From Sedimentisphaerales bacterium (lineage in GTDB: Bacteria; Planctomycetota; Phycisphaerae; Sedimentisphaerales; SM23-30), in NCBI GenBank assembly GCA_963663965.2, contig CAXXFK010000010.1, positions 160,001-224,000 on the forward strand: a stretch of 64,000 bases of DNA, read 5' to 3'. This document shows, one piece after another, positions 43,101 to 51,300 of the stretch. Every line of letters starts with the position of its first letter. Position 1 is the first letter of the stretch. A program made the translations under genes and the position numbers. The notes below the pieces were generated by a model. The model was not told the origin of the DNA. It ran no database searches and saw only the letters and a list, made by a program, of their open reading frames with translations.

Positions 43101-44633
43101 TTCATTCCTGACCGTCCAGGTTACATCAACCATTTTGCCGGCCGGTTCCGATTCCGGCGGAATGATATCCATAACCACCAGATCCGGGCGCGGTTCCACA
43201 TAAAGCATCCACGACTCCGTATCGCTACCCAGCCGGTTGGATGCCATAATAGTCACCTCATAGGGACTGCCTTCAATCGACGGTTCCAACCAGGAGACCA
43301 CACCGGTATCCGGATCGATTGTCATACCAACCGGCCCGGAAATCAGAGACCAGGCCTCGACCACCGTATCTTCTTGTAAAACAGGATAGGGACCGGTATA
43401 TGCTTTATTCTGCCCGGCATAGCCATCCGGGATATCTAAAATATCCGGCAATGTCAGCGCAATCAATTTAAACCGTTCGGTTGATTCCCCTGAGATATTG
43501 GCCGCTTTGATAGTCACCTGCCAGGGGCTTCCTGCGGAAACCGGATTCTCCCAGGTAATAATCCCGTTGGATGAATTAATCTGCATGCCTGTCGGACCTT
43601 CCACCAGTGACCAGACAATCGGATAAGTACCCTGGATCAATTCCGGCTTGACGCCGATATAATACTGACCCGCGACAAAATAATCATCCGGTATCGGTTC
43701 GATCACGGGCGGCGTGGGATAGACTTCCAACTGCCAGGAAGTCTCACCGGCGCCGGCCGCGTTTTTTGCCCGTATTGTGATCGTATAAGGACTGCCATCC
43801 AATCTGGGTTTAGACCAGCTGACCACACCATTGGTCGCATCGATTGTCATGCCCGACGGTCCATTTACCAGTTCCCATGACACAAATGTCGAGGTCGCCA
43901 GTTGAGGAATGACACTCTGGTAGACATAACCCTGGGTAACGGTTGTATCGGCTATTGGCATAACGACCGGAGGAATGACGATAATCAACTGCCAGGATTC
44001 ATAATGACTGCCTGCTGAATTTCTGGCCCGGATCGTTACAGAATGCGGACTGCCGGTAACGGTTGGATACGGCCAGCTCACCTGCCCGGTTAAGGGATCA
44101 ATAGACATCCCTTCCGGCCCCTGAGTCAATTCCCATGTCACATTTTTATTCCCGGCCAATAATACCGGATTGGGGCCGACATAGGGCTTATTAGCGGCTA
44201 TATAGGCATTATTAATGCTTTGTATAACCGGCTCACCCAGTTCAACGGTGAGTTGCCAGCTTATCGTATCTGAGCCAACCGGATTGGCTGCCTGAATGGT
44301 TATCGTATGAGGACTGCCTGCCAGTACTGCTTTAGTCCAACTGACTACACCGGTTTCCGCATTGATAGTCATTCCGGCCGGCGCTTCAAGCAAAGACCAG
44401 GCCACAGACAAAGCGCCATTGACAATCTGCGGTGTTGTACCCAAATAAAAATCTCCTTCTCCAACACTGGCATTCGCTACTCCACCAACCTGAGGGATTT
44501 CCATAATCGATAATTGCCAGCTTTCCGTATCTTCGCCATCCGGATTGCTGGCTTTAATCGTAACAACCAGGCCATCGGATTCCAGGGTTGGATAATCCCA
44601 ACTCACCTGCCCGGTAACCGGATCGATAATCAA
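37197..44633 (-). CDS. C-terminal portion of a giant secreted protein: Ig-like/He_PIG repeats, CARDB repeats, carboxypeptidase-regulatory-like domain, Cys-rich core, dockerin-like tail
   Basis: Repeats WSL..GP.GM.ID..TG.VSW; CARDB-like PDLVV...V.WTVRNEG...D....ELNESNN; C-terminal SDFDKNGAVDTLDL...DGDGVVNWLDY...WL. There is no signal peptide and the frame stays open upstream to ~44755. Confidence 0.85.
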   Translation of the reverse strand: MIIDPVTGQVSWDYPTLESDGLVVTIKASNPDGEDTESWQLSIMEIPQVGGVANASVGEGDFYLGTTPQIVNGALSVAWSLLEAPAGMTINAETGVVSWTKAVLAGSPHTITIQAANPVGSDTISWQLTVELGEPVIQSINNAYIAANKPYVGPNPVLLAGNKNVTWELTQGPEGMSIDPLTGQVSWPYPTVTGSPHSVTIRARNSAGSHYESWQLIIVIPPVVMPIADTTVTQGYVYQSVIPQLATSTFVSWELVNGPSGMTIDATNGVVSWSKPRLDGSPYTITIRAKNAAGAGETSWQLEVYPTPPVIEPIPDDYFVAGQYYIGVKPELIQGTYPIVWSLVEGPTGMQINSSNGIITWENPVSAGSPWQVTIKAANISGESTERFKLIALTLPDILDIPDGYAGQNKAYTGPYPVLQEDTVVEAWSLISGPVGMTIDPDTGVVSWLEPSIEGSPYEVTIMASNRLGSDTESWMLYVEPRPDLVVMDIIPPESEPAGKMVDVTWTVRNEGAGSATGHWTERIYASHDNQPGNDRLLANYFFKDNDLAPDQSVIRTEQVVVPDLPNGYYIIVEVDYQDTLSELNESNNTMVASIKSELVLPDLNPVFIDFPDMVVADAEESIHWQVTNHSEATARAWWIDTIYLSNDQEVGDDIYVTSYVRNSDVAGLDAYDVARDIVIPGRIQGNYYWLVITDTENRLVETNETNYAFSDVVVQVDQPLRPDLTIVQESIQYATGGLVGQNITVDYQVRNTGEAIAAGTWTDRIVAVNYDTQQETFLAENMHDSPLDPNETYSNAIPVNLPWIPGDYYLKIITDRTDAVNEGLTGGESNNEINTSLLINVMDYEVTARTNIEAAPAGTPIVITGQARDPISGNQLADMPLALRISVKGSDRLVTQNDQGGMLISDENGQYEITFQPLANEAGSYTIRTGTPGNIKPAIQDTFVLHGMKVQSGFTHVEINPDNSSIVKRINLVNLGDSFLTDIQAQVSGIPSDVRVELNPARNYLEPSGSLPVDIYLSASGQASDVYPIPLTFSSAEGAQASFILNLYVRHLEPYLVISPKNINTAMVAGEQTLFSFDVKNIGTGRAENLQVFLPDNTPWMHLTTPALPALDTGDVATVIINLQPDIDIALGTYSGLISVADPAYTYGDAINYRIEARSNRTGDLVVQVEDEYTFWSTGEYSESGPLVPYARVTLRDPKTFQVLNEQITGDDNQPALFEGIHEGYYVLRVDAEKHAAYQETILVESGQVNLIRAFMPRETISYNWTVTETEIDDVTLVVLEAVFETNVPTPVITIDPPLLDLAQISDSVTQIDFTVENHGLIAVNDVELNFGSHPLWRITPLIEDLGRLEAKQKMVVPVIIEKISPQADGSGIMPASGFDCWIYAGVKYALVCIGTQYYSIPIPIYNVVPGCGGPGSSGGGGGGWIAGGGQGGPGKPYQIEPKYTPPVECKKCDPAVYKPWCRTVDVSSYLDFIGEAIATFVKVKTGGLLDPEVEIKAEGTICTCCTEEGGIGFEIKADVGIDIKFPIGVGFEKEISFSTPSITIHNVVNPCREGEFLEDVTIGGSVSGKIKAGAEITPYANAGAQFNSGCNFGNPDITASANIGLDGYLGGEGNVSINIGGDLPCAFECEPFKVALNAQTGANLYLKYENGAWDKGGCFKGIYYMAGIKANLGDCVSGWPSVQLGDPDQRHYLVCPIDDGCDGYMCDGSPKSASPVSDEFSDFLVMAHDDIETALVDQLVDNLPSYIYISRMTPKKIELKADQQLNDEIMPEPAEDDGVCAQVRLQIEQRVAVTRTAFTAKLEIDNPDKVEPVTDISVDITVYDAEGNLATDRFAIDHPVYDNLDEFESKGILLPDMSGSLSWLIVPYPEAAPIEDQDYTVSGVFYYTQNGRSVVVPLEPAPITVKPDPSLYLKYFWQRDVFSDDPWTDEIELAEPFTLGMIMTNKGYGSARNIRITSSQPKIVENEKGLLIDFKLIGAQVGTQQVNPSLNLSLGDLYPNESKVVRWLMTSTLQGHFIEYSASYEHLGPIDDPRLSLVDDVQIYELIHTVRGGATDDGLPDFMVNNTIWPDDPYEDPNDYQRQDLPDEVHFSDGGVEAVTPVLNAIVHPQMALYQATAVVTMPQGWAYLKFADPYNGQYTLTRVRRSDGKELIMNFNAWQTDRTHRDGEKSVREHMIHLFDQGGSGQYTLYFESTDLTPPSFNALETEIVTTPQIEAYQFRVLYTDNVALDTVTFDSQDIVIAGPDNFTAYAGFVAVDNDENGTPRWVTYQVSGPDGSWDVSDNGVYEIILNAGQVADTSGNTMANQLLGTFLVAIPEVCEPDLAGYHLMSSRRVGRTLYEYVYSVELKNECVYDGIDDLYFLMINPPDNVELLSSSIFYNLIEPGKSSSGIGTIHMIVDHSEPFNLYQIPWMTRSGLWSDFDKNGAVDTLDLLQLAEGWLDSNPVTDIAPPPDGDGVVNWLDYTILAREWLKQNN

Positions 44634-44740
44634 ACCATCCGGATACTCTCCTTCCAGAGACCAGACAATCTCTCCGGAACCGCCGGTCAGACTGGGGAGC
44701 GCCGATTCATACAGAACTCCCGCTGGAATAATCTGATCGC

Positions 44741-47110
44741 TTATCCCGGCAATAAAGGTTTATCCAGCACTCTCAGGTTAAAACTCACGTCGACACTGCC
44801 AACAGTATTGGACGCACGAATAGTAATAGTATAAGGCTCTCCTGTTGGCAATAACCGCGCGGTATTCCAGGATACCACCCCGGTCTGGGCATTGATCGTC
44901 ATATCAACCGGGCCGCTGATCAATGACCAGGAAACGTCGCCCGGTTCGTTTTCCAGATTCGGGGCAGTACCCGTAAAAGATTGACCGATTAAGACAGACC
45001 TGTCTTCCATTGCAGAGATAACCGGCAGTTCCTGGACTGACAGCAGCCAGCTTTCATCATCAAAACCGGTTTCATCAGCGTTCGTCGCCCGTATGGTTAT
45101 CTGATAGGCCTCCAGCGCTGCGATTGGATTGGACCAGCTTACCACGCCCGTTTGCGAATCGATCGTCATTCCTTCCGGTCCATTCTCCAAAGTCCAGAAT
45201 ACCGGGGTGATGGCATTGATCACCACCGGCTGCGGCCCGGTGTATACGGATCCGCCTGGCACAAGCGCGTCCTCAATATTCATCACCAGAATAGCGCCAT
45301 CATCCTCCACGGTAATGATCGTTCCATCATCGCCATTTGCCCTTCCGGAACCACCCGAAACAGTACATCCACCCAAACCCGTATAATGATCGGCAAAACC
45401 ATATTGTAATAAAATACGCCCACCCCCGCCGCCTCCGGCGAAAGGATTGCCGCCATTGCCCCCATCTGCATGCAACGTACCGGCGCCTTCCAGGGTACCG
45501 GCCTTGATAATAATTCCTCCACCGCTGCCACCGCCGCCCATATTCATTCCATCCAGACCATTGGCGGTGATTGTCCCATTAAAATTAAAGATATCTTTTA
45601 CCGTTAGATATAACGCACCACCGCCGGAGCCGCCGGTGTTATCTCGGTCGGTTCCGCCGCCACCCGAACCCGCGCTGTCCGGCCAGGCAGGCGAGCCATA
45701 AGCCAGACCACCGGCTCCCATGCGTCCTTTTCCTCCTGCACCGCCATAAGCGCCGCCGCCAGAACCCTCAGCATGAGCCTGACCTTTGCCGGTACCTTCG
45801 TTTTGCAGACCACCAGTTCCATCGGCAGTAATTCTGGCATTGACTGCCATCACCATTTCATTTACCGTAAGAGAATCTGTAAAAGCCATTTCCAAAACAG
45901 CTCCCTCATGTACGGTAAGACGATTCAGCGTATAAGCCAGCGGACCCGACTCATTATACAGATCAAACCGGTTATAAACTTCTATATCCAGTTCTGTTAA
46001 ATCCAATTGGTTCCGATTCATCCGACGGATAAAGGCAGATGATCCTTTACCGCCAGTCATTCGACCTGTTCCACCATTAATATTCACGTTGCCAAATCCG
46101 GCAAATGTATCAGCGTTATTGTAATAGACGACGATCCGGCCGCCGCCGCCGCCACCGGCAAACGGGCTGCCGCTTGAACCGCCTTTAGCGGACAGACTGC
46201 CACCGCCACTCAATTGAACGCTATCCAGCAATATTGTACCGCCGGCGCCACCGCCACCCTGGCCGGTACCATTCAAACCATCAGCCACAATGGAGCCATC
46301 AACAACCAGTTTATGGGCATGAATCTCTATCAAGCCTCCACCTTGACCACCCTGATTATTTTCTCCCGCGCTGCCCCCTCCGGATCCCGCCTGGTCCGGC
46401 CAGAAAGACCAGCCATAAACCGCTCCGCCATCGCCAATGGCGCCCCGGCCACCCGGGCCGCCATTGGCACCGCCACCTGCGCCCTGGGCGGCATAATCAC
46501 CCGCTCCCGGGCCTCCATCAGGTCCAAAACCCAAACCGCTCGCTTCGATGATCGCGCCAGTCTCAATGAGGATATCATTTGCATCGATACGATTGACTGA
46601 TCCGATGGTAAATATTGAGCCTGTATGTAAATGAATCATATCACCGACATAAACCGGTATCGCCGGATCATCCTCCGGCCGAAAGCTTTGATAAACATGC
46701 AGGTCATTGCGCCCGCCAGCCTGATCGAAGAATCCCGCTGTGCCGGTCTGGCCCGGCCGATATCCCTGCCCGCCTTGTACCGTACAACTTGCATAGCCTT
46801 GATAATCCTGCCCATCCTGATAATAAACCGCGATCCGTCCGCCTCCTCCGCCATTACGACCATCTCCGCCGACTGCCTGAACCTGCCCGTTACCGCTCAG
46901 TTCACGCGTTGTGATCCAGATTGAACCACCCGCTCCGCCCCCGGCGGTCTCTCCTGCAGCAGCAATGCCATTCGCAGTTATCCTGCCATCCAATATCAGA
47001 TTATCCGTAATGATTCGAATGGCCCCGCCCCCGGCGCCTCCCAAACCATCATCAGCATTACCTCCGCCAGAACCCAGTGTAACGGGTTCAAACGAACTGC
47101 CGTATGACAT
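44741..47110 (-). CDS. Middle portion of the giant protein: Gly-rich repeats and two He_PIG-like repeats
   Basis: Three GSGGG...GG.GGG.I.I....L..DG.I.A.G...GGG.GG repeats, then GPEGMTIDSQTGVVSW repeats. No signal peptide; bounded by frameshifts on both sides. Confidence 0.8.
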   Translation of the reverse strand: MSYGSSFEPVTLGSGGGNADDGLGGAGGGAIRIITDNLILDGRITANGIAAAGETAGGGAGGSIWITTRELSGNGQVQAVGGDGRNGGGGGRIAVYYQDGQDYQGYASCTVQGGQGYRPGQTGTAGFFDQAGGRNDLHVYQSFRPEDDPAIPVYVGDMIHLHTGSIFTIGSVNRIDANDILIETGAIIEASGLGFGPDGGPGAGDYAAQGAGGGANGGPGGRGAIGDGGAVYGWSFWPDQAGSGGGSAGENNQGGQGGGLIEIHAHKLVVDGSIVADGLNGTGQGGGGAGGTILLDSVQLSGGGSLSAKGGSSGSPFAGGGGGGRIVVYYNNADTFAGFGNVNINGGTGRMTGGKGSSAFIRRMNRNQLDLTELDIEVYNRFDLYNESGPLAYTLNRLTVHEGAVLEMAFTDSLTVNEMVMAVNARITADGTGGLQNEGTGKGQAHAEGSGGGAYGGAGGKGRMGAGGLAYGSPAWPDSAGSGGGGTDRDNTGGSGGGALYLTVKDIFNFNGTITANGLDGMNMGGGGSGGGIIIKAGTLEGAGTLHADGGNGGNPFAGGGGGGRILLQYGFADHYTGLGGCTVSGGSGRANGDDGTIITVEDDGAILVMNIEDALVPGGSVYTGPQPVVINAITPVFWTLENGPEGMTIDSQTGVVSWSNPIAALEAYQITIRATNADETGFDDESWLLSVQELPVISAMEDRSVLIGQSFTGTAPNLENEPGDVSWSLISGPVDMTINAQTGVVSWNTARLLPTGEPYTITIRASNTVGSVDVSFNLRVLDKPLLPG

Positions 47111-47266
47111 TCTAATCTCTGAATTACCGCCTCCGATTCCCCCATGACTGCCTCCTCCGGCGCCCAGACCTACCGACCGTCATACCCTGTCCCGGCGCCC
47201 GGTCCTTCCCCCGCCAGATACCCCATGCCATCGGCGCTGATTTGACAGCCTTCATCAACCACGACA

Positions 47267-48274
47267 TCATAAGTGACAGTTATATTCCGATGCTTCTGTC
47301 TGGCCATCCTGTAAAATCAATACTCCAGGATTCCCTCCCTCATCATGCCTGACGGCGAGCGCTCCAAAAGAGTGCCGGCCGCGAATCACGACCGTTCCAC
47401 CGGTTATAATAATGACCTGCCCATCCAGTGAATTATCATCTTCTTCGATAACCACGCCATCTTCCAGCGGTAACCCCACAAAAATTCGACAATTTGCTTC
47501 ATCAGTGCCGAAATCATTTTCTGCTTTTATAATAAAATCATATGGATCGATACTGGGAACCGGATTTTCCCAGCCAAGTTGCCCTTGTTGATCAATAAAA
47601 ACAGGATTGTCCGGACTGATTGACCATACTAATTCTGGCAAGGGAATCTCTAAGCGGATGACATGACTGAAAGGGATACCTGATGCAATGAAAAGATCGT
47701 CAACCGGCTTAATAGCTGGAGGAATGTCTTGAGGCACCATTCCCAGGGCATCGCCCGTGATCGCAATATCGGCGTAAGTTCCACCACCATAATCTTCAAA
47801 CCGGAATGCCACCATATTGGCTCCGGGTTTGACATAATCACTGTCAACGTTGACAGTATATTCCCAGTAACTGGCGCCTCCACCGGCGTTATGGCCACTG
47901 ATGAAATTTCCGTTTATGTAGAAATCATAACCATTATCGACGGCAACCCGTAATGTAAGCGGAATGCTCCGGTATAAATAAATCTCTTTGTAAACGAACA
48001 GGTCGCCATTAGCCGACCAGGAAATCGGCCAGACTCCGTCTACCCACGCGCTATGATCACAACTATCCAGATTCCAGTCAGGAACCGGCGGATGCGATTG
48101 CTGATCACCTGAATATTGATCGGGTACACGAACATATTTAAAATCCCTGCCATATTGAGATGGCATGCTGTTATAATTGCCCAGATACAAAATATCCTCT
48201 GACCACAGAGCGCCGGTTATGGCTAAAAGCACTATCGCAATTGAGAAATAATTAGTATTCTTATTCATTGTCAT
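47267..48274 (-). CDS. N-terminal portion of the giant protein: signal peptide, galactose-binding-like domain, Ig-like repeat
   Basis: Signal peptide; AVDNGYDFYING...VKPGANMVAF jelly-roll-like motif; IDQQGQLGW repeat. Coding continues past the stop in another frame. Confidence 0.75.
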   Translation of the reverse strand: MTMNKNTNYFSIAIVLLAITGALWSEDILYLGNYNSMPSQYGRDFKYVRVPDQYSGDQQSHPPVPDWNLDSCDHSAWVDGVWPISWSANGDLFVYKEIYLYRSIPLTLRVAVDNGYDFYINGNFISGHNAGGGASYWEYTVNVDSDYVKPGANMVAFRFEDYGGGTYADIAITGDALGMVPQDIPPAIKPVDDLFIASGIPFSHVIRLEIPLPELVWSISPDNPVFIDQQGQLGWENPVPSIDPYDFIIKAENDFGTDEANCRIFVGLPLEDGVVIEEDDNSLDGQVIIITGGTVVIRGRHSFGALAVRHDEGGNPGVLILQDGQTEASEYNCHL

Positions 48275-48311
48275 AACTCCAGGTATTTATAAACAAATAT
48301 GTTCGTCCAGT

Positions 48312-51300
48312 TTATTTTAACCACTCAGTATCAATCATCATGATATCGTTCAAATCAACCATGCCATTCATATTTACATCCGCTCCCCCACACCAGTCGG
48401 GCAGATAACAGTCGGCATCAAGCCATTGTGCGGAGACGGCAGCGAAATCGACCAGATCGATCCGGCAATTGCAGTTGACATCAGCTAGTGGTCTGGGCTG
48501 ATCCAACGAACCGCAATAACCGGTGGTGGCTGCCTCGAGATCCAGGGCGATAAAGCCCTGATCGAACGGGGCAACCGTCTCGCCGTCGGGAATCAACTCG
48601 TTTACCAGAGCCATAGCGCCCTCGATTCGGGCATAGACTCTGATATCGTTCAAAATCAAGGTGGAACCGCCAATGATTCGCAGACCATCAGTTGTCTGGT
48701 TGCCGGCCAGATAGAGGGACTCGCGTCCCAGGGAACCGCGGTTGCCGTTATTAACCAGATCGGACAGGCAAACCATAGTCGATTGACTGGTCTGGCCGAC
48801 GACCAATTGTCCGATAGCGAAATTATCGGTTAGGGCTTGCTCCAATCCACCATCCGAACAACCCACCTCCAGATACTGGATATAGTTTTGCGGATCGTTG
48901 GGATCGTCTGTCCAGATATCGCCCCAATCGGTTGGGCCGGCCGGTTGGATATCGCTATCGGCCGATATGGCGTTTTGGCCAGAAGCCAGCGCCAGGAACG
49001 CATCTGCCATGCCGGAAAATTCGCCACCGGCGAGCATGTTCACATAAGTGTTTTCCACATTGCTGACAGCCGGTTCAACTTCCATCGGTCCATCGTCACA
49101 CATCGCCGCCGGCAGCGCCATACTATCTCCGCCGATCGATCGCGGCAATTCGCCGGTCATAATCAGTCTGGCATCCTCCAGATTCACCGACGTTTCAACC
49201 TGATGAGCAAAGGAATAATTACCGGCAATCGCCAATATGGGCATCTCGGAAGAACTAATCGTTGTACTCGAACCTAACAGTAAGTCTTTTTCGACGAAAA
49301 CCAGAGCGTTGTAACCCACCATATTGAACTGGGCATTGCCGGATGAATAAATATTGCCCAATCTTAACCGGCTGTTATTAATATTAAATTTCGTCACACC
49401 ACTGCCGGCGCTGGTTACCTGCTGCAAACTGCCTAAATCGATCTCGGCGTCGCCACTGCAATTGAACTCCACCCAGTCCTGACTGCGCACCGGACCGGTG
49501 ATCCGCGTCACTCCCGAAAAATCAATCTTGCCGCCCGCGCCGGCCGTGATCCGCTGATAACAGGTATCCCGATACGAATTGCCATATACAGTCTCATTGA
49601 ATCCCAAATTCATGCTGGTCAGGGAGGATAAATCCAGCAAACTGCCCGTGCCCGTACTGCCAAATAAATCCCAAACCTTCGTCTCATAAGATCCATCGTC
49701 ATCCGATTGCAACAGACCCGTCGAAGCGTAACTCCCGGCAACCACATCCCCACTAATGACGCCCCACTGCCGCCCGCCATTCACAAACAATTGCGCATTG
49801 TTAATATCCTGCAATCCACCCGTCTCAAACACATTCATCGCATCGATCTTCACCTTGCTGCGACTGCCGGAAAAACTGATCAGTTCAGGCGCCCGGAAAA
49901 TATAAGAGGTATCTTCATTCCCATCCCAGTATATATCCAGATTCGCCCCGGTCAAATCCGGCAACACAACTTCACTATTAGAATCCAGATAAAACGTACT
50001 CGCGCTGATTGTATGCAAGCCGCTGTAAAATTGACTGTTAGCACCCAGCGTTATACTACTGTTCGATAACGAACCCAGTTCCCCCGCATTGAATTGACTG
50101 TCTGCCGCTAACGATAGAGATGCATTGGCAATGGATGACACTGCCGGCATATTCAATATGCTGGAAGGCTGGGTCATCGACACCTGCATCCGATTGACGC
50201 TGGTCAATACCGGAAACTCCCACAGATCGCGGGCGATATTGAACCGCACCGTCCCGCTGCCGGCGCTGGTTACCTGCTGCAAACTGCCTAAATCGATCTC
50301 GGCGTCGCCACTGCAATTGAACTCCACCCAGTCCTGGCTGCGCACCGGACCGGTGATCCGCGTCACTCCCGAAAAATCAATCTTGCCGCCCGCGCCGGCC
50401 GTGATCCGCTGATAACAGGTATCCCGATACGAATTGCCATATACAGTCTCATTGAATCCCAAATTCATACTGGTCAGGGAGGATAAATCCAGCAAACTGC
50501 CTGTGCCCGTGCTGCCAAATAAATCCCAAACCTTCGTCTCATAAGATCCATCGTCATCTGATTGTAGCAGACCCGTCGAAGCGTAACTCTCGGCGACCAC
50601 ATCCCCACTGATGACACCCCACTGCCGCCCGCCATTCACAAACAATTGCGCATTGTTAATATCCTGCAATCCACCCGTCTCAAACACATTCATCGCATCG
50701 ATCTTCACCTTGCTGCGACTGCCGGAAAAACTGATCAGTTCAGGCGCCCGGAAAATATAAGAGGTATCTTCATTCCCATCCCAGTATATATCCAGATTCG
50801 CCTCGGTCAAATCCGGCAATATCACCTCGCTGCTGGAATCCAGATAAAACGTGCTGGCGTCAATGCTATGCAAACCCCCATTAAACCGGCTGTTGGCGCC
50901 CAAGGTCAGACTGCTGCTGGATAACTGGACCAGTTCATCCGCATTCAGAAGGCTGTCAGCCGATAGCGAAATGGATGAATTCGACAGCGTCGATAACACC
51001 GGCATATTCAATATGCTGGAAGGCTGGGTCATCGACACCTGCATCCGATTGACGCTGGTCAATACCGGAAACTCCCACAGATCGCGGGCGATATTGAACC
51101 GCACCGTCCCGCTGCCGGCGCTGGTTACCTGCTGCAAACTGCCTAAATCGATCTCGGCGTCGCCACTACAATTGAACTCCACCCAGTCCTGACTGCGCAC
51201 CGGACCGGTGATCCGCGTCACTCCCGAAAAATCTATCTTGCCGCCCGCGCCGGCCGAGATCCGCTGATAACAGGTATCCCGATACGAATTGCCATATACA

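Larger units (their letters stand above)
37197..48274 (-). pseudogene. Single ~3,690-codon gene interrupted by three frameshifts (pseudogene or sequence errors)
   Basis: Gaps between the ORFs translate as in-register repeat sequence in alternative frames (see findings); a net +1 nt makes the 11,078-bp span divisible by 3. Confidence 0.75.

Noticed and set aside
44741..47300. Programmed ribosomal frameshifting or phase variation in the giant gene
   Set aside because: No slippery heptamer or long homopolymer at any junction; three successive shifts would make full-length product negligible.
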